Shown: positions 55,624-64,000 of the stretch, in pieces | Numbering within the stretch: the first letter of the stretch is position 1 | Layout: each line of letters starts with the position of its first letter | Origin: an uncultured Alphaproteobacteria bacterium | GTDB taxonomy: Bacteria > Pseudomonadota > Alphaproteobacteria > CAVTAV01 | Direction of reading: 5' to 3' | NCBI GenBank assembly: GCA_963822835.1 | Contig: CAWGIZ010000011.1 | Location: forward strand, 218,973-282,972 | DNA length: 64,000 bases | The notes under the pieces: generated by a model | The model's database searches: none | Told to the model about the DNA's origin: nothing | The model's input: the letters and a program-made list of their open reading frames with translations, nothing else | Program-made: the position numbers and the translations under genes

Positions 55624-57294
55624 TCAATTCGTCTCCAGCAACCGCCGGGCGATGACCTCCGCCTGAATTTCAGCCGCGCCTTCGAAGATATTGAGAATGC
55701 GCGCGTCGCAGAGGACGCGGCTGATCGGATATTCGAGGGCGTAGCCGTTGCCGCCATGGATCTGCAGGGCATTGTCGGCGCAGGACCAGGCGACGCGCGC
55801 GCCCAAGAGCTTCGCCATGCCGGCCTCGAGGTCGCAGCGCTGGCCCTCGTCCTTGCGGCGGGCGGCGAAATAGGTGAGCTGGCGGGTGAACATGATCTCG
55901 ACCACCATCGAGGCGATCTTCCCGAAGACGCGCGGGAAGGAATAGATCGGCTTGCCGAACTGGACGCGGTCCAACGCGTAGGCGAGGCCAAGCTCCAGCG
56001 CGCATTGCGCCACGCCCAAGGCCCGGGCGGCCGTCTGGATGCGGGCGGATTCGAAGGTCGCCATCAACTGCTTGAAGCCCTGGCCCTCGACGCCGCCGAG
56101 AATGTTCTCGGCCTTGACCTCGAAGCCGTCGAAGCCGAGCTCATATTCCTTCATGCCGCGATAGCCGAGCACCTCGATCTCGCCGCCGGTCATGCCTTCG
56201 GCGGGAAACGGATTGCCCTCGATGCCGCGCGGCTTCTCGGCGAGAAACATGGAAAGGCCGCGATAGCCCGTCTCGCTCGGATCGGTACGCGCCAACAGCG
56301 TCATCACGTCCGAGCGCGCGGCATGGGTGATCCAGGTCTTGTTCCCCTGAATCTTGTAGACATCCTCGCCGGCGGCGTTCTTCGCCTTGACCGCCCGCGT
56401 GCGGAGCGAACCGAGATCGGAGCCCGTATTGGGTTCGGTGAAAACGGCGGTGGGAAGGATCTCGCCCGTCGCGAGCTTCGGAAGCCAGGTCTTCTTCTGC
56501 TCCTCGGTGCCGCCGGACATGATCAGCTCCGCCGCGATCTCGGACCGCGTGCCGAGGGAGCCGGTGCCGATATAGCCGCGCGACAGCTCTTCCGAGACGA
56601 CGCACATGGCGAGCTTGCCGAGCCCGGCGCCGTCATATTCCTCGGGGATCGTGAGGCCGAACACGCCGAGCCCCGCCATCTCCTCGACGATCTCCATCGG
56701 GATGAGCTTGTCGTCGTGGTGCCAGTTGGGCGCTTCCGGGATGATCTTCTCGTCGGCGAAACGGCGGAACTGATCGCGGATCATCTCCAGCATCTCGTCG
56801 AGGCCCGCGTCGCCGTAATGGCCGCTCGAATTCGTGTGCTCGATCAGCTCGGCGAGTTGCGCCTTGATCTCGGGACGGCAGCCTTCCGCGATCATCGCGG
56901 CGACCGCGCCGGTTTCGAATGCCTCGATCACGCTCGGGGACAGCCCGAGGGACTGAGGCCGCACGATCTCGCCCTGGCTCATCGGGATACCGCCCTTGAG
57001 CTGCGAGAGGTACTCGCCGAACCCGGCTTCGAGAATCAGCCGTTCGGTGCGGCCGAACTTGCCGTCGCCTTCGAGTCGCTCGGCCCAGGAGATCGCCTGA
57101 CGCAGCGCCTCGACATAGGTCGCCATCCAGGCATAGCCGTGCACCTCGAACTGGAACTTCTCCATGAGCGCGCGGTCGACCTTGCCGTCCCGCACCACCA
57201 TTTTCGCGACGCCCGCCTTGGCCGCGCCGAGCAGCTTTTCCGCACTTGCCAGAGCCTCGCTCGCCTGGGCCAGAAGGCCGACCCGTATCCGCAC
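55624..57294 (-). CDS. mcd: (2S)-methylsuccinyl-CoA dehydrogenase-type acyl-CoA dehydrogenase with an N-terminal extension
   Basis: 556 aa with a GTG start. A roughly 170-aa N-terminal extension (LLAQASEAL...HGYAWMATYVEAL) precedes an ACAD core (NKTWITHA, IFEGAAEIQ). Adjacent to ccr. Confidence 0.75.
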   Translation of the reverse strand: MRIRVGLLAQASEALASAEKLLGAAKAGVAKMVVRDGKVDRALMEKFQFEVHGYAWMATYVEALRQAISWAERLEGDGKFGRTERLILEAGFGEYLSQLKGGIPMSQGEIVRPQSLGLSPSVIEAFETGAVAAMIAEGCRPEIKAQLAELIEHTNSSGHYGDAGLDEMLEMIRDQFRRFADEKIIPEAPNWHHDDKLIPMEIVEEMAGLGVFGLTIPEEYDGAGLGKLAMCVVSEELSRGYIGTGSLGTRSEIAAELIMSGGTEEQKKTWLPKLATGEILPTAVFTEPNTGSDLGSLRTRAVKAKNAAGEDVYKIQGNKTWITHAARSDVMTLLARTDPSETGYRGLSMFLAEKPRGIEGNPFPAEGMTGGEIEVLGYRGMKEYELGFDGFEVKAENILGGVEGQGFKQLMATFESARIQTAARALGVAQCALELGLAYALDRVQFGKPIYSFPRVFGKIASMVVEIMFTRQLTYFAARRKDEGQRCDLEAGMAKLLGARVAWSCADNALQIHGGNGYALEYPISRVLCDARILNIFEGAAEIQAEVIARRLLETN

Positions 57295-57358
57295 CCTGTC
57301 TCGTCTCTGCTGGCATCACGTTCATGGCCCGGGTTCGCTCCTGGCTCGGCGGTTGAGG

Positions 57359-58663
57359 TTAGTCCTTATTGGCTTCGATCACGTCCTCGACGGTTCTGAG
57401 GCCCGGATATCTGGCGGAGACGAGCACGGCCATGTTGCCGGGCTTGTGCTGGTTCTTCCACATCATGGTGTGGGCGCGCGGGATGTCCTCCCAGGAGAAC
57501 ACTTCCGACATACAGGGATCGATCCGCCGCGCGATCACCAGACGGTTGGCCTCGCTCGCCTGTTTGAGATTGGCGAAATGGCTGCCCTGCACCCGCTTCT
57601 GGCGCATCCACAGGAACCGCGCGTCGATGGTGAGATTATAGCCCGTGGTGCCGGCGCAGATGACGACCATGCCGCCGCGCTTCACCACGAAGCAGGAGAC
57701 CGGGAACGTCTGCTCGCCGGGGTGCTCGAAGACGAAATCGACGTCATTGCCCTTGCCGGTGATTTCCCAGATCGCCTTGCCGAATTCGCGGCACTTCTTC
57801 ATGTATTCGGCATAGCCCGCCACGTCCTTCACCGGCGGCAACTGGCCCCAACAATCGAAATCCTTGCGGTTGATGACGCCCTTGGCGCCGAGGCTCAGAA
57901 CGTAGTCGCGCTTGCTCTCGTCGGAGATCACGCCGATCGCATGAGCGCCCGCCGTGGCGCAGAGCTGGATCGCCATCGAGCCGAGACCGCCCGAAGCGCC
58001 CCAGACCAGCACATGATCGCCCGGCCGCAGGATATGAGGCCGGTGGCCGAACAGCATGCGATAGGCGGTGGCAAGCGTCAGCGTATAGCAGGCGCTCTCT
58101 TCCCAGGTGAGATGCTTGGGCCGCGCCATCAATTGCCGCGACTGCACGCGCGCGAACTGGGCGAAGGAGCCGTCCGGCGTCTCGTAACCCCAGATCCGCT
58201 GAGACGGCGAATTCATCGGATCGCCGCCATTGCATTCCTCGTCGTCGCCGTCGTCCTGATTGCAGTGAACCACGACCTCGTCGCCGACCTTCCAGCGCTT
58301 CACGCGCCGCCCGACCGCCCAGACGATGCCGGAGGCGTCGGAGCCCGCGATGTGGAAGGGGGCCTTGTGAACGTCGAAAGGAGAGATGGGAATGCCGAGG
58401 CCGGCCCATACGCCGTTGTAATTCACGCCGGCGGCCATCACGAGGACGAGAACCTCATCGGAGTCGATCGTGGGGGTGGGGACGACTTCGAGCTGCATCG
58501 CCTCTTCGGGCGGGCCATGGCGCTCGCGCCGAATCACCCAGGCATGCATGTTTTTCGGGACATAACCGAGCGGCGGAATTTCGCCGAGCTCGTAAAGATC
58601 CTTCGGCTCGGCCTCTGGCTCCGCCTTGTCCGTTTCGCGCTTAGCGTCCGCCGATTTCACCAT
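57359..58663 (-). CDS. ccr: crotonyl-CoA carboxylase/reductase
   Basis: 434 aa; KDLYELGEIPPLGYVPKNMHAWVIRRERHG...VMAAGVNYNGVWA is typical of Ccr. Confidence 0.9.
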   Translation of the reverse strand: MVKSADAKRETDKAEPEAEPKDLYELGEIPPLGYVPKNMHAWVIRRERHGPPEEAMQLEVVPTPTIDSDEVLVLVMAAGVNYNGVWAGLGIPISPFDVHKAPFHIAGSDASGIVWAVGRRVKRWKVGDEVVVHCNQDDGDDEECNGGDPMNSPSQRIWGYETPDGSFAQFARVQSRQLMARPKHLTWEESACYTLTLATAYRMLFGHRPHILRPGDHVLVWGASGGLGSMAIQLCATAGAHAIGVISDESKRDYVLSLGAKGVINRKDFDCWGQLPPVKDVAGYAEYMKKCREFGKAIWEITGKGNDVDFVFEHPGEQTFPVSCFVVKRGGMVVICAGTTGYNLTIDARFLWMRQKRVQGSHFANLKQASEANRLVIARRIDPCMSEVFSWEDIPRAHTMMWKNQHKPGNMAVLVSARYPGLRTVEDVIEANKD

Positions 58664-58840
58664 GTCGTTACCCCTATTCCTCCATGCTGCCCGGATCCGC
58701 CGGAGGTGCAGTCTGGTAGGAGCCCGTCGGGCTGCGGTGGAACCCGTTCCACCGACGAATAATCGGGGGCAAGCGCCCCGGCCTATCGCTGACGACCCAA
58801 ACCAACGCAGAATTTTTTGCGCTGCACCATTTCATATGAT

Positions 58841-58881
58841 ATTTCGGTTACAGGGTCCAGAGTCAATTCCGTAACCGAAAT
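58841..58881. promoter_or_regulatory. candidate operator: perfect 11-bp inverted repeat in the ccr/ecm divergent intergenic region
   Basis: ATTTCGGTTAC (58841-58851), 19 nt, GTAACCGAAAT (58871-58881), located in an AT-rich patch. Confidence 0.4.
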
Positions 58882-58974
58882 TACTTAAATATTGTTTGGC
58901 CTTTCGGGCGACTCGATTAAGCTGAGATGAAACCGGCGGCGCCGATTTTGTGCGGCGCACCGTAAACGGAGCGG

Positions 58975-61005
58975 TTGGGTATTACGCAGGTGCGAAACAA
59001 CAACGATCCGGAGATGCCCCCTCGATCGCGCGAGCGGGACAGGCCTTGGCTGATCCGCACCTATTCGGGTCACAGTTCCGCCGCCGCCTCCAACGCGCTC
59101 TACCGGATGAATCTGGAGAAGGGCCAAACCGGCCTTTCGGTCGCCTTCGATCTGCCGACCCAGACCGGTTACGACAGCGACCACGAACTTGCCAAAGGCG
59201 AGGTCGGCAAGGTCGGCGTGCCGATCGGGCACCTCGGCGACATGCGGGCGCTGTTCGACAAGATCCCGCTGGATCGCATGAACACCTCGATGACGATCAA
59301 CGCCACCGCCGCGTGGCTGCTGTCACTCTATGTCGCGCTCGCCAAGGAACAGGGCGTCTCGCCCTCCGCCCTTTCGGGCACGGTGCAGAACGACATCATG
59401 AAGGAGTATCTGAGCCGGGGGACCTATATCTTCCCGCCGGGCCCGAGCCTTCGCCTCATCACCGACATCGCGTCCTACACCTACAAAGAGATTCCGAAAT
59501 GGAATCCGATGAATGTGTGCTCGTATCACCTGCAGGAGGCGGGCGCGACGCCGGTGCAGGAGCTTGCCTTCTCGCTCGCCACCGCGATGGCCGTGCTGGA
59601 TGCGGTCCGCGACTCGGGTCAGGTGAGCCCGGCCGACTTCCCGAAGGTCGTCGGGCGCATCAGCTTCTTCGTCAATGCGGGGCTCAAATTCATCACCGAG
59701 ATGTGCAAGATGCGCGCCTTCGTGACGCTCTGGGACGAGCTGACGCGAGAGCGCTACGGCATCGAGGATGAGAAATACCGCCGCTTCCGTTACGGCGTGC
59801 AGGTGAACAGCCTCGGCCTCACCGAGCAACAGCCCGAAAACAACGTCTATCGGATCCTGCTCGAGATGCTGGCGGTCGTGCTCTCCAAGGATGCCCGCGC
59901 CCGCTCCGTTCAGCTCCCCGCCTGGAACGAGGCGCTCGGCCTGCCGCGCCCCTGGGATCAGCAATGGAGCTTGCGGCTCCAGCAGATCGTCGCCCACGAG
60001 ACCGATCTCCTCGATTACGACGACATCTTCTATGGCTCGCCGGTGATCGAGGAGAAGGTCGAGCAGCTCATGGCGGAGACGAAGGAAGAGCTCGCCCGCA
60101 TCGAGGCCATGGGCGGCGCGGTGGCGGCCGTCGAATCGAGTTACATGAAGGAGCAGTTGGTCGCCTCCAACGCCGCGCGCCTCGCTGGCATCGAGTCCGG
60201 CGAGCAGATCGTCGTCGGCGTCAACGCGTTCACGGAAACCGCGCCCTCGCCGCTCACAACCGGCATCAACGAACAGATCCTGACGGTCGACGAGAATGCG
60301 GAGATCGAACAGATCGAAAAGCTGAAGGCCTGGCGCGACAAGCGCGACAAGAAGGCGGTCGAAAAGGCGATCGCCGAATTGCGCTCCGCCGCCTCGGAAG
60401 GCCGCAACATCATGTTGCCGTCGATCGCCGCCGCCGAGGCCGGCGTGACGACGGGCGAATGGTCGGGCGTGCTACGCGAGGTCTTCGGGGAATATCGCGC
60501 GCCAACCGGCATCGGCGGCGCTCAGGGAGCGGCCGGAGCGGCGGGCGTGAAGGATATCGCGACGCTCCGGAAACGGGTCGAGACCGTCTCGGACAAGCTC
60601 GGCCGCCGCCTCAAGATCCTGATCGGCAAGCCCGGCCTCGACGGCCACTCCAACGGCGCCGAGCAGATCGCGGTGCGGGCGCGGGATTGCGGCATGGAGG
60701 TCGTCTACGAAGGCATCCGCCTGACCCCCGCCCAGATCGTCAACGCCGCCATGGAGGAAGGCGTCCACGTGGTCGGGCTGTCGATCCTCTCGGGCAGTCA
60801 CGTGAGCCTGATCGGCGACGTGATGGCCCGCATGCACAAGGCCGGATTGGACGACGTGCCGGTGGTCGCCGGCGGCATCATCCCCATCGAGGACGAAGCC
60901 AAGCTCAAGTCCCTCGGCGTCGCCGGCGTCTACACGCCGAAGGACTACCAGCTCGACGAAATCATGGGCGACATCATCACGCTGGTGGAAACCCACGCGG
61001 CGTGA
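58975..61005 (+). CDS. ecm: ethylmalonyl-CoA mutase (adenosylcobalamin-dependent, fused large and B12-binding domains)
   Basis: 676-aa ORF with a TTG start (alternative ATG 59014). Contains RPWLIRTYSGHSSA and a C-terminal B12-binding domain (GLDGHSNGAEQIA). Divergent from ccr. Confidence 0.85.
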   Translation: MGITQVRNNNDPEMPPRSRERDRPWLIRTYSGHSSAAASNALYRMNLEKGQTGLSVAFDLPTQTGYDSDHELAKGEVGKVGVPIGHLGDMRALFDKIPLDRMNTSMTINATAAWLLSLYVALAKEQGVSPSALSGTVQNDIMKEYLSRGTYIFPPGPSLRLITDIASYTYKEIPKWNPMNVCSYHLQEAGATPVQELAFSLATAMAVLDAVRDSGQVSPADFPKVVGRISFFVNAGLKFITEMCKMRAFVTLWDELTRERYGIEDEKYRRFRYGVQVNSLGLTEQQPENNVYRILLEMLAVVLSKDARARSVQLPAWNEALGLPRPWDQQWSLRLQQIVAHETDLLDYDDIFYGSPVIEEKVEQLMAETKEELARIEAMGGAVAAVESSYMKEQLVASNAARLAGIESGEQIVVGVNAFTETAPSPLTTGINEQILTVDENAEIEQIEKLKAWRDKRDKKAVEKAIAELRSAASEGRNIMLPSIAAAEAGVTTGEWSGVLREVFGEYRAPTGIGGAQGAAGAAGVKDIATLRKRVETVSDKLGRRLKILIGKPGLDGHSNGAEQIAVRARDCGMEVVYEGIRLTPAQIVNAAMEEGVHVVGLSILSGSHVSLIGDVMARMHKAGLDDVPVVAGGIIPIEDEAKLKSLGVAGVYTPKDYQLDEIMGDIITLVETHAA

Positions 61006-61014
61006 TTTGCCCTG

Positions 61015-61897
61015 TCATGCTGACGAGACGACTGTCGCAAATCGGCCCGCCCGCAACTCCGCCTTGAGCGCCTCTGGCGTCACACCTTGCTCGCGAAGTG
61101 CACGGAGCGAAACAGCCTTGTTGCGCTTGGCGAAGCGTTTGCCTTCCGCGTCGAGCAGCAACGGGTGATGGGCATAATCGGGCGTCTGGTAATCGAGCAA
61201 TTCCTGCAACAGGCGATGGAGGTGCGTCGCCGCGAACAAGATCCTCACCGCGCACCACGAGCGTCACACCCTGGAGATGATCGTCGACCGTGACGGCGAG
61301 GTGATAGCTCGTCGGCACATCCTTCCGCGCGAGGACCACGTCGCCGAGGCTTTCGGGCTGGGCGATCACCTTTCCGGCATGGCGGTCATGCCAGTTGAGC
61401 GCGCTTCCGACACGCGCCACCGCCGCCGCCACATCAAGCCGCAAAGCATAGGGCTCTCCCGCCGCGATCCGGCGCGCGCGTTCTGCGGCATCGAGCGTTC
61501 GGCAGGTGCCGGGATAGAGCGGCCCCTCGGGCCCGTGCGGCGCGGATGGGCTGCGGGCGATCTCGGCGGCGATCTCCGCGCGGGTGCAGAAACAGGGATA
61601 GATCACCCCCATCTCGTCGAGCTGCGCGAGCGCCGCGCGGTAGTCGTCGAAATGCTCCGACTGTCGGCGTACCGGCGTTTCCCAGCGAATGCCGAGCCAG
61701 GCGAGATCCCGGAAGATCGCCTCCTCGTATTCCGGGCGGCAGCGCGTGATATCGATGTTCTCGATACGCAGGAGAAACCGCCCGCCCGCTTCGATGGCCG
61801 CCTCATGGGCCATGAGCGCCGAATAGGCATGCCCGACGTGAAGCTCGCCGGTCGGGCTTGGGGCGAATCGGGTGACGATCGGATCGGAGTCAGTCAT
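61015..61897 (-). pseudogene. gluQ: glutamyl-Q tRNA(Asp) synthetase, one frameshift near 61250
   Basis: MTDSDPIVTRFAPSPTGELHVGHA...VVRGEDL | FAATHLHRLLQELLDYQTPDYAHHPLLLDAEGKRFAKR...*. Confidence 0.8.
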
Positions 61898-62035
61898 GGG
61901 CGGTCGAGGGAATCATCGCGGGCCATAGTGCCGCCACGCGCGCATTTTGCATAGGTCGCGGCCGGAACCTCGGCTAATCTTTCAGGCGACGCCGCGCAAG
62001 CGGCCCCTTGTCCTTCCTTTTCGATCCGACGGCCC

Positions 62036-63618
62036 ATGACCAGCCCCGCTACAGAAAAACCCGGTTCGATCTTCCTAGGCTCCGCGCTCAATGGCTCCGC
62101 GCTCAATCCGGCGGGCATCGAGCCGCAATATCTGGTGCTGAAGCGCGCCAACCGGCATGGCCTCGTCGCGGGCGCGACCGGCACCGGCAAGACGGTCTCG
62201 CTGCAGATCATGGCGGAGGGATTTTCGGCGGCGGGCGTGCCGGTCTTCATGGCTGACGTGAAGGGCGATCTGTCCGGCATCAGCCAGGCCGGCATCTCGA
62301 AGGACTTTCTCACCAAGCGCGCCGACAGCATCGGGCTGACCGACTACGCCTTCCGCCCCTTCCCGACCGTGTTCTGGGACGTGTTCGGCGAGCAGGGCCA
62401 TCCCGTGCGCGCGACGATTTCCGAAATGGGGCCGATCCTGCTCTCGCGCCTGCTCGAACTGAACGATACCCAGGAGGGCGTGCTCAACATCGCCTTCCGG
62501 CTGGCGGACGAGCAGGGCCTGCTGCTCCTCGACCTCAAGGATCTGCAGGCGATGCTGACCCATGTCGCCGAGAGCGCCGACGAGCTGACGGTCCGCTACG
62601 GCAATGTCTCCAAGGCCACGGTCGGCACGATCCAGCGCTCCCTGCTCCGGCTCGAGAACCAGGGCGCCGAAAAATTCTTCGGCGAACCGGCGCTGGAGCT
62701 TTCCGCCTTCCGCCGCACCGATCCGCACGGCTACGGCATGATCAACGTGCTCGCCGCCGACAAACTGATCCAGTCGCCCCAGCTCTACGCGACCTTCCTG
62801 CTGTGGCTGCTGTCCGAGCTGTTCGAGGAGCTGCCGGAAATCGGCGATCCGGAAAAGCCGGTGCTCGTCTTCTTCTTCGACGAGGCGCATCTGTTGTTCA
62901 AGGATGCGCCCAAGGCGCTTCTCGACCGGGTCGCCAATCTCGTCCGGCTGATCCGGTCCAAGGGGGTCGGCGTCTATTTCATCACCCAGAATCCGCAGGA
63001 CGTGCCGGACGAGGTGTTGGGCCAGCTCGGCAACCGGGTGCAGCACGCGCTCCGCGCCTATACGCCGCGCGACGCCAAGGCGGTCAAGACCGCCGCCGAG
63101 ACCTTCCGGCCGAACCCGGCGCTGGACACCGAGCGCGTCATCACCGAGCTCGGCGTCGGCGAGGCGCTGGTCTCGACGCTCGACGACAAGGGCGTGCCCT
63201 CGATCGTGGAACGCACGCTTATCCGGCCACCTTCTTCCCGGCTCGGCCCCGTGACGCCGGAAGAACGCCGGATGACCATCGCCACGAGCCCGATCGGCAC
63301 CGTCTACGACAAGGCCGTAGACCGCGAATCCGCCTATGAGCGTCTCGCCGCCAAACCGGCCGAGAAAGCGCCGCCCCCGGTTCAGACAGCGGCATACCGG
63401 AATCGCCTTGGGGCAGCCGGCCCGAGAGACCGTCGCCCGAACCCGCGCCGAGCCGCCGCCAGACCACGAGAAGCGCGCCGGCGCCACGCCGATCGAACCG
63501 CCAAAGCGTCGGCGAGGCGTTTGCCAAATCGGTCGCGCGCTCGGTCGGGAGCGCGGTCGGCGGGCGGGTCGGACGCCAATTGATCCGGGGTATCCTCGGC
63601 TCGCTTCTCAAGGGCTGA
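62036..63618 (+). pseudogene. DUF853 (YjgR-like) HerA/FtsK-type P-loop ATPase, one frameshift near 63390
   Basis: Walker A GATGTGKT and Walker [11 protein letters not shown]. The conserved C-terminal tail [21 protein letters not shown]...RGILGSLLKG* (stop 63616-63618) is in a different frame from the body. Confidence 0.75.
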
Positions 63619-63628
63619 CGCGCACCGG

Positions 63629-63692
63629 CCGGTTTGTACGGGTCCCGGTTGGCTTGGGCGCCGGTTGGCATGGGCGCCGGTTTGCATGGGCG
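63629..63692. repeat. 4 x 16-bp direct tandem repeat
   Basis: CCGGTTTGTACGGGTC / CCGGTTGGCTTGGGCG / CCGGTTGGCATGGGCG / CCGGTTTGCATGGGCG, head to tail, beginning 11 bp after the DUF853 stop. Confidence 0.8.
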
Positions 63693-63804
63693 AGTGCACC
63701 CGGAATCGAGATATAGCTTCTCCGCTTGGAACCGTCACAATTTATGCTGTAAAGTTCGCTGCCAGAAGGGCAGTGCGGCGTAACTAGGTGATGGGAATCG
63801 CTCC

Positions 63805-64000
63805 ATGATCGGTACGCGACCGGCGTTAGAGACCTGTCCGGCATTGGTGTTGAATGCCGATTACAGGCCGCTGAGTTATTTTCCCTTATCGCTCCTCAGT
63901 TGGCAGGACGCGATCAAGGCGGTCTTTCTCGACCGCGTCAATATCGTCTCCGAATACGACCGCGCGGTGCACAGCCCCACGCGGGAAATCCGGCTGCCGA
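63805..64000 (+). CDS. 5' part of an HNH-endonuclease-family protein (runs off the window)
   Basis: ATG 63805: MIGTRPALETCPALVLNADYRPLSYFPLSLLSWQDAIKAVFLDRV..., open to the window end. The N-terminus resembles a small conserved alphaproteobacterial HNH protein family. Confidence 0.5.
   Translation, partial: MIGTRPALETCPALVLNADYRPLSYFPLSLLSWQDAIKAVFLDRVNIVSEYDRAVHSPTREIRLP

Noticed and set aside
63629-63692. CRISPR array.
   Set aside because: The repeats are only 16 bp and directly abutting without spacers, and no cas genes are present.

Overview
High-GC chromosomal segment with alphaproteobacterial (Hyphomicrobiales/Rhizobiales-like) core synteny; order-level assignment is an inference from gene order only. 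It is almost entirely housekeeping: nrdA'-nrdB; a ROSE-hsp20-DUF1150 heat-shock unit; rnd-lptC-lptA-lptB-rpoN-hpf-ptsN; tRNA-Leu(CAG); a yejBEF-type peptide ABC transporter with three tandem binding proteins; cycM; pheA; nudC; SRP RNA-dnaX-ybaB-recR; a soluble globin-coupled chemoreceptor; class II RNR nrdJ; plsC; ftsEX; TIGR02302-lysA-lptM-argH; tlpA; hbd-etfAB; a PduO-type adenosyltransferase; the ethylmalonyl-CoA pathway core mcd-ccr/ecm; gluQ; a DUF853 HerA-like ATPase; and a partial HNH gene. I found no CRISPR array, transposase, integrase, prophage or recognisable defence operon. The most striking sequence-level signal is that about 15 conserved genes between 31.5 and 50.5 kb, including dnaX, ftsE, ftsX, lysA, nrdJ, pheA, plsC and ybaB, are broken by roughly 45 single-base frameshifts plus two in-frame TAG codons. 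recR, the chemoreceptor, lptM and argH in the same stretch are intact. I read this most plausibly as consensus or assembly error rather than gene decay. Secondary observations are an orphan ParA-like cassette bracketed by two SPOR-domain proteins, a C-type-lectin-like gene in an AT-richer islet inside the EMC cluster, a perfect 11-bp inverted repeat in the ccr/ecm divergent promoter, REP-like palindromes and a 4 x 16-bp tandem repeat. I cannot point to a clearly novel multi-gene system.
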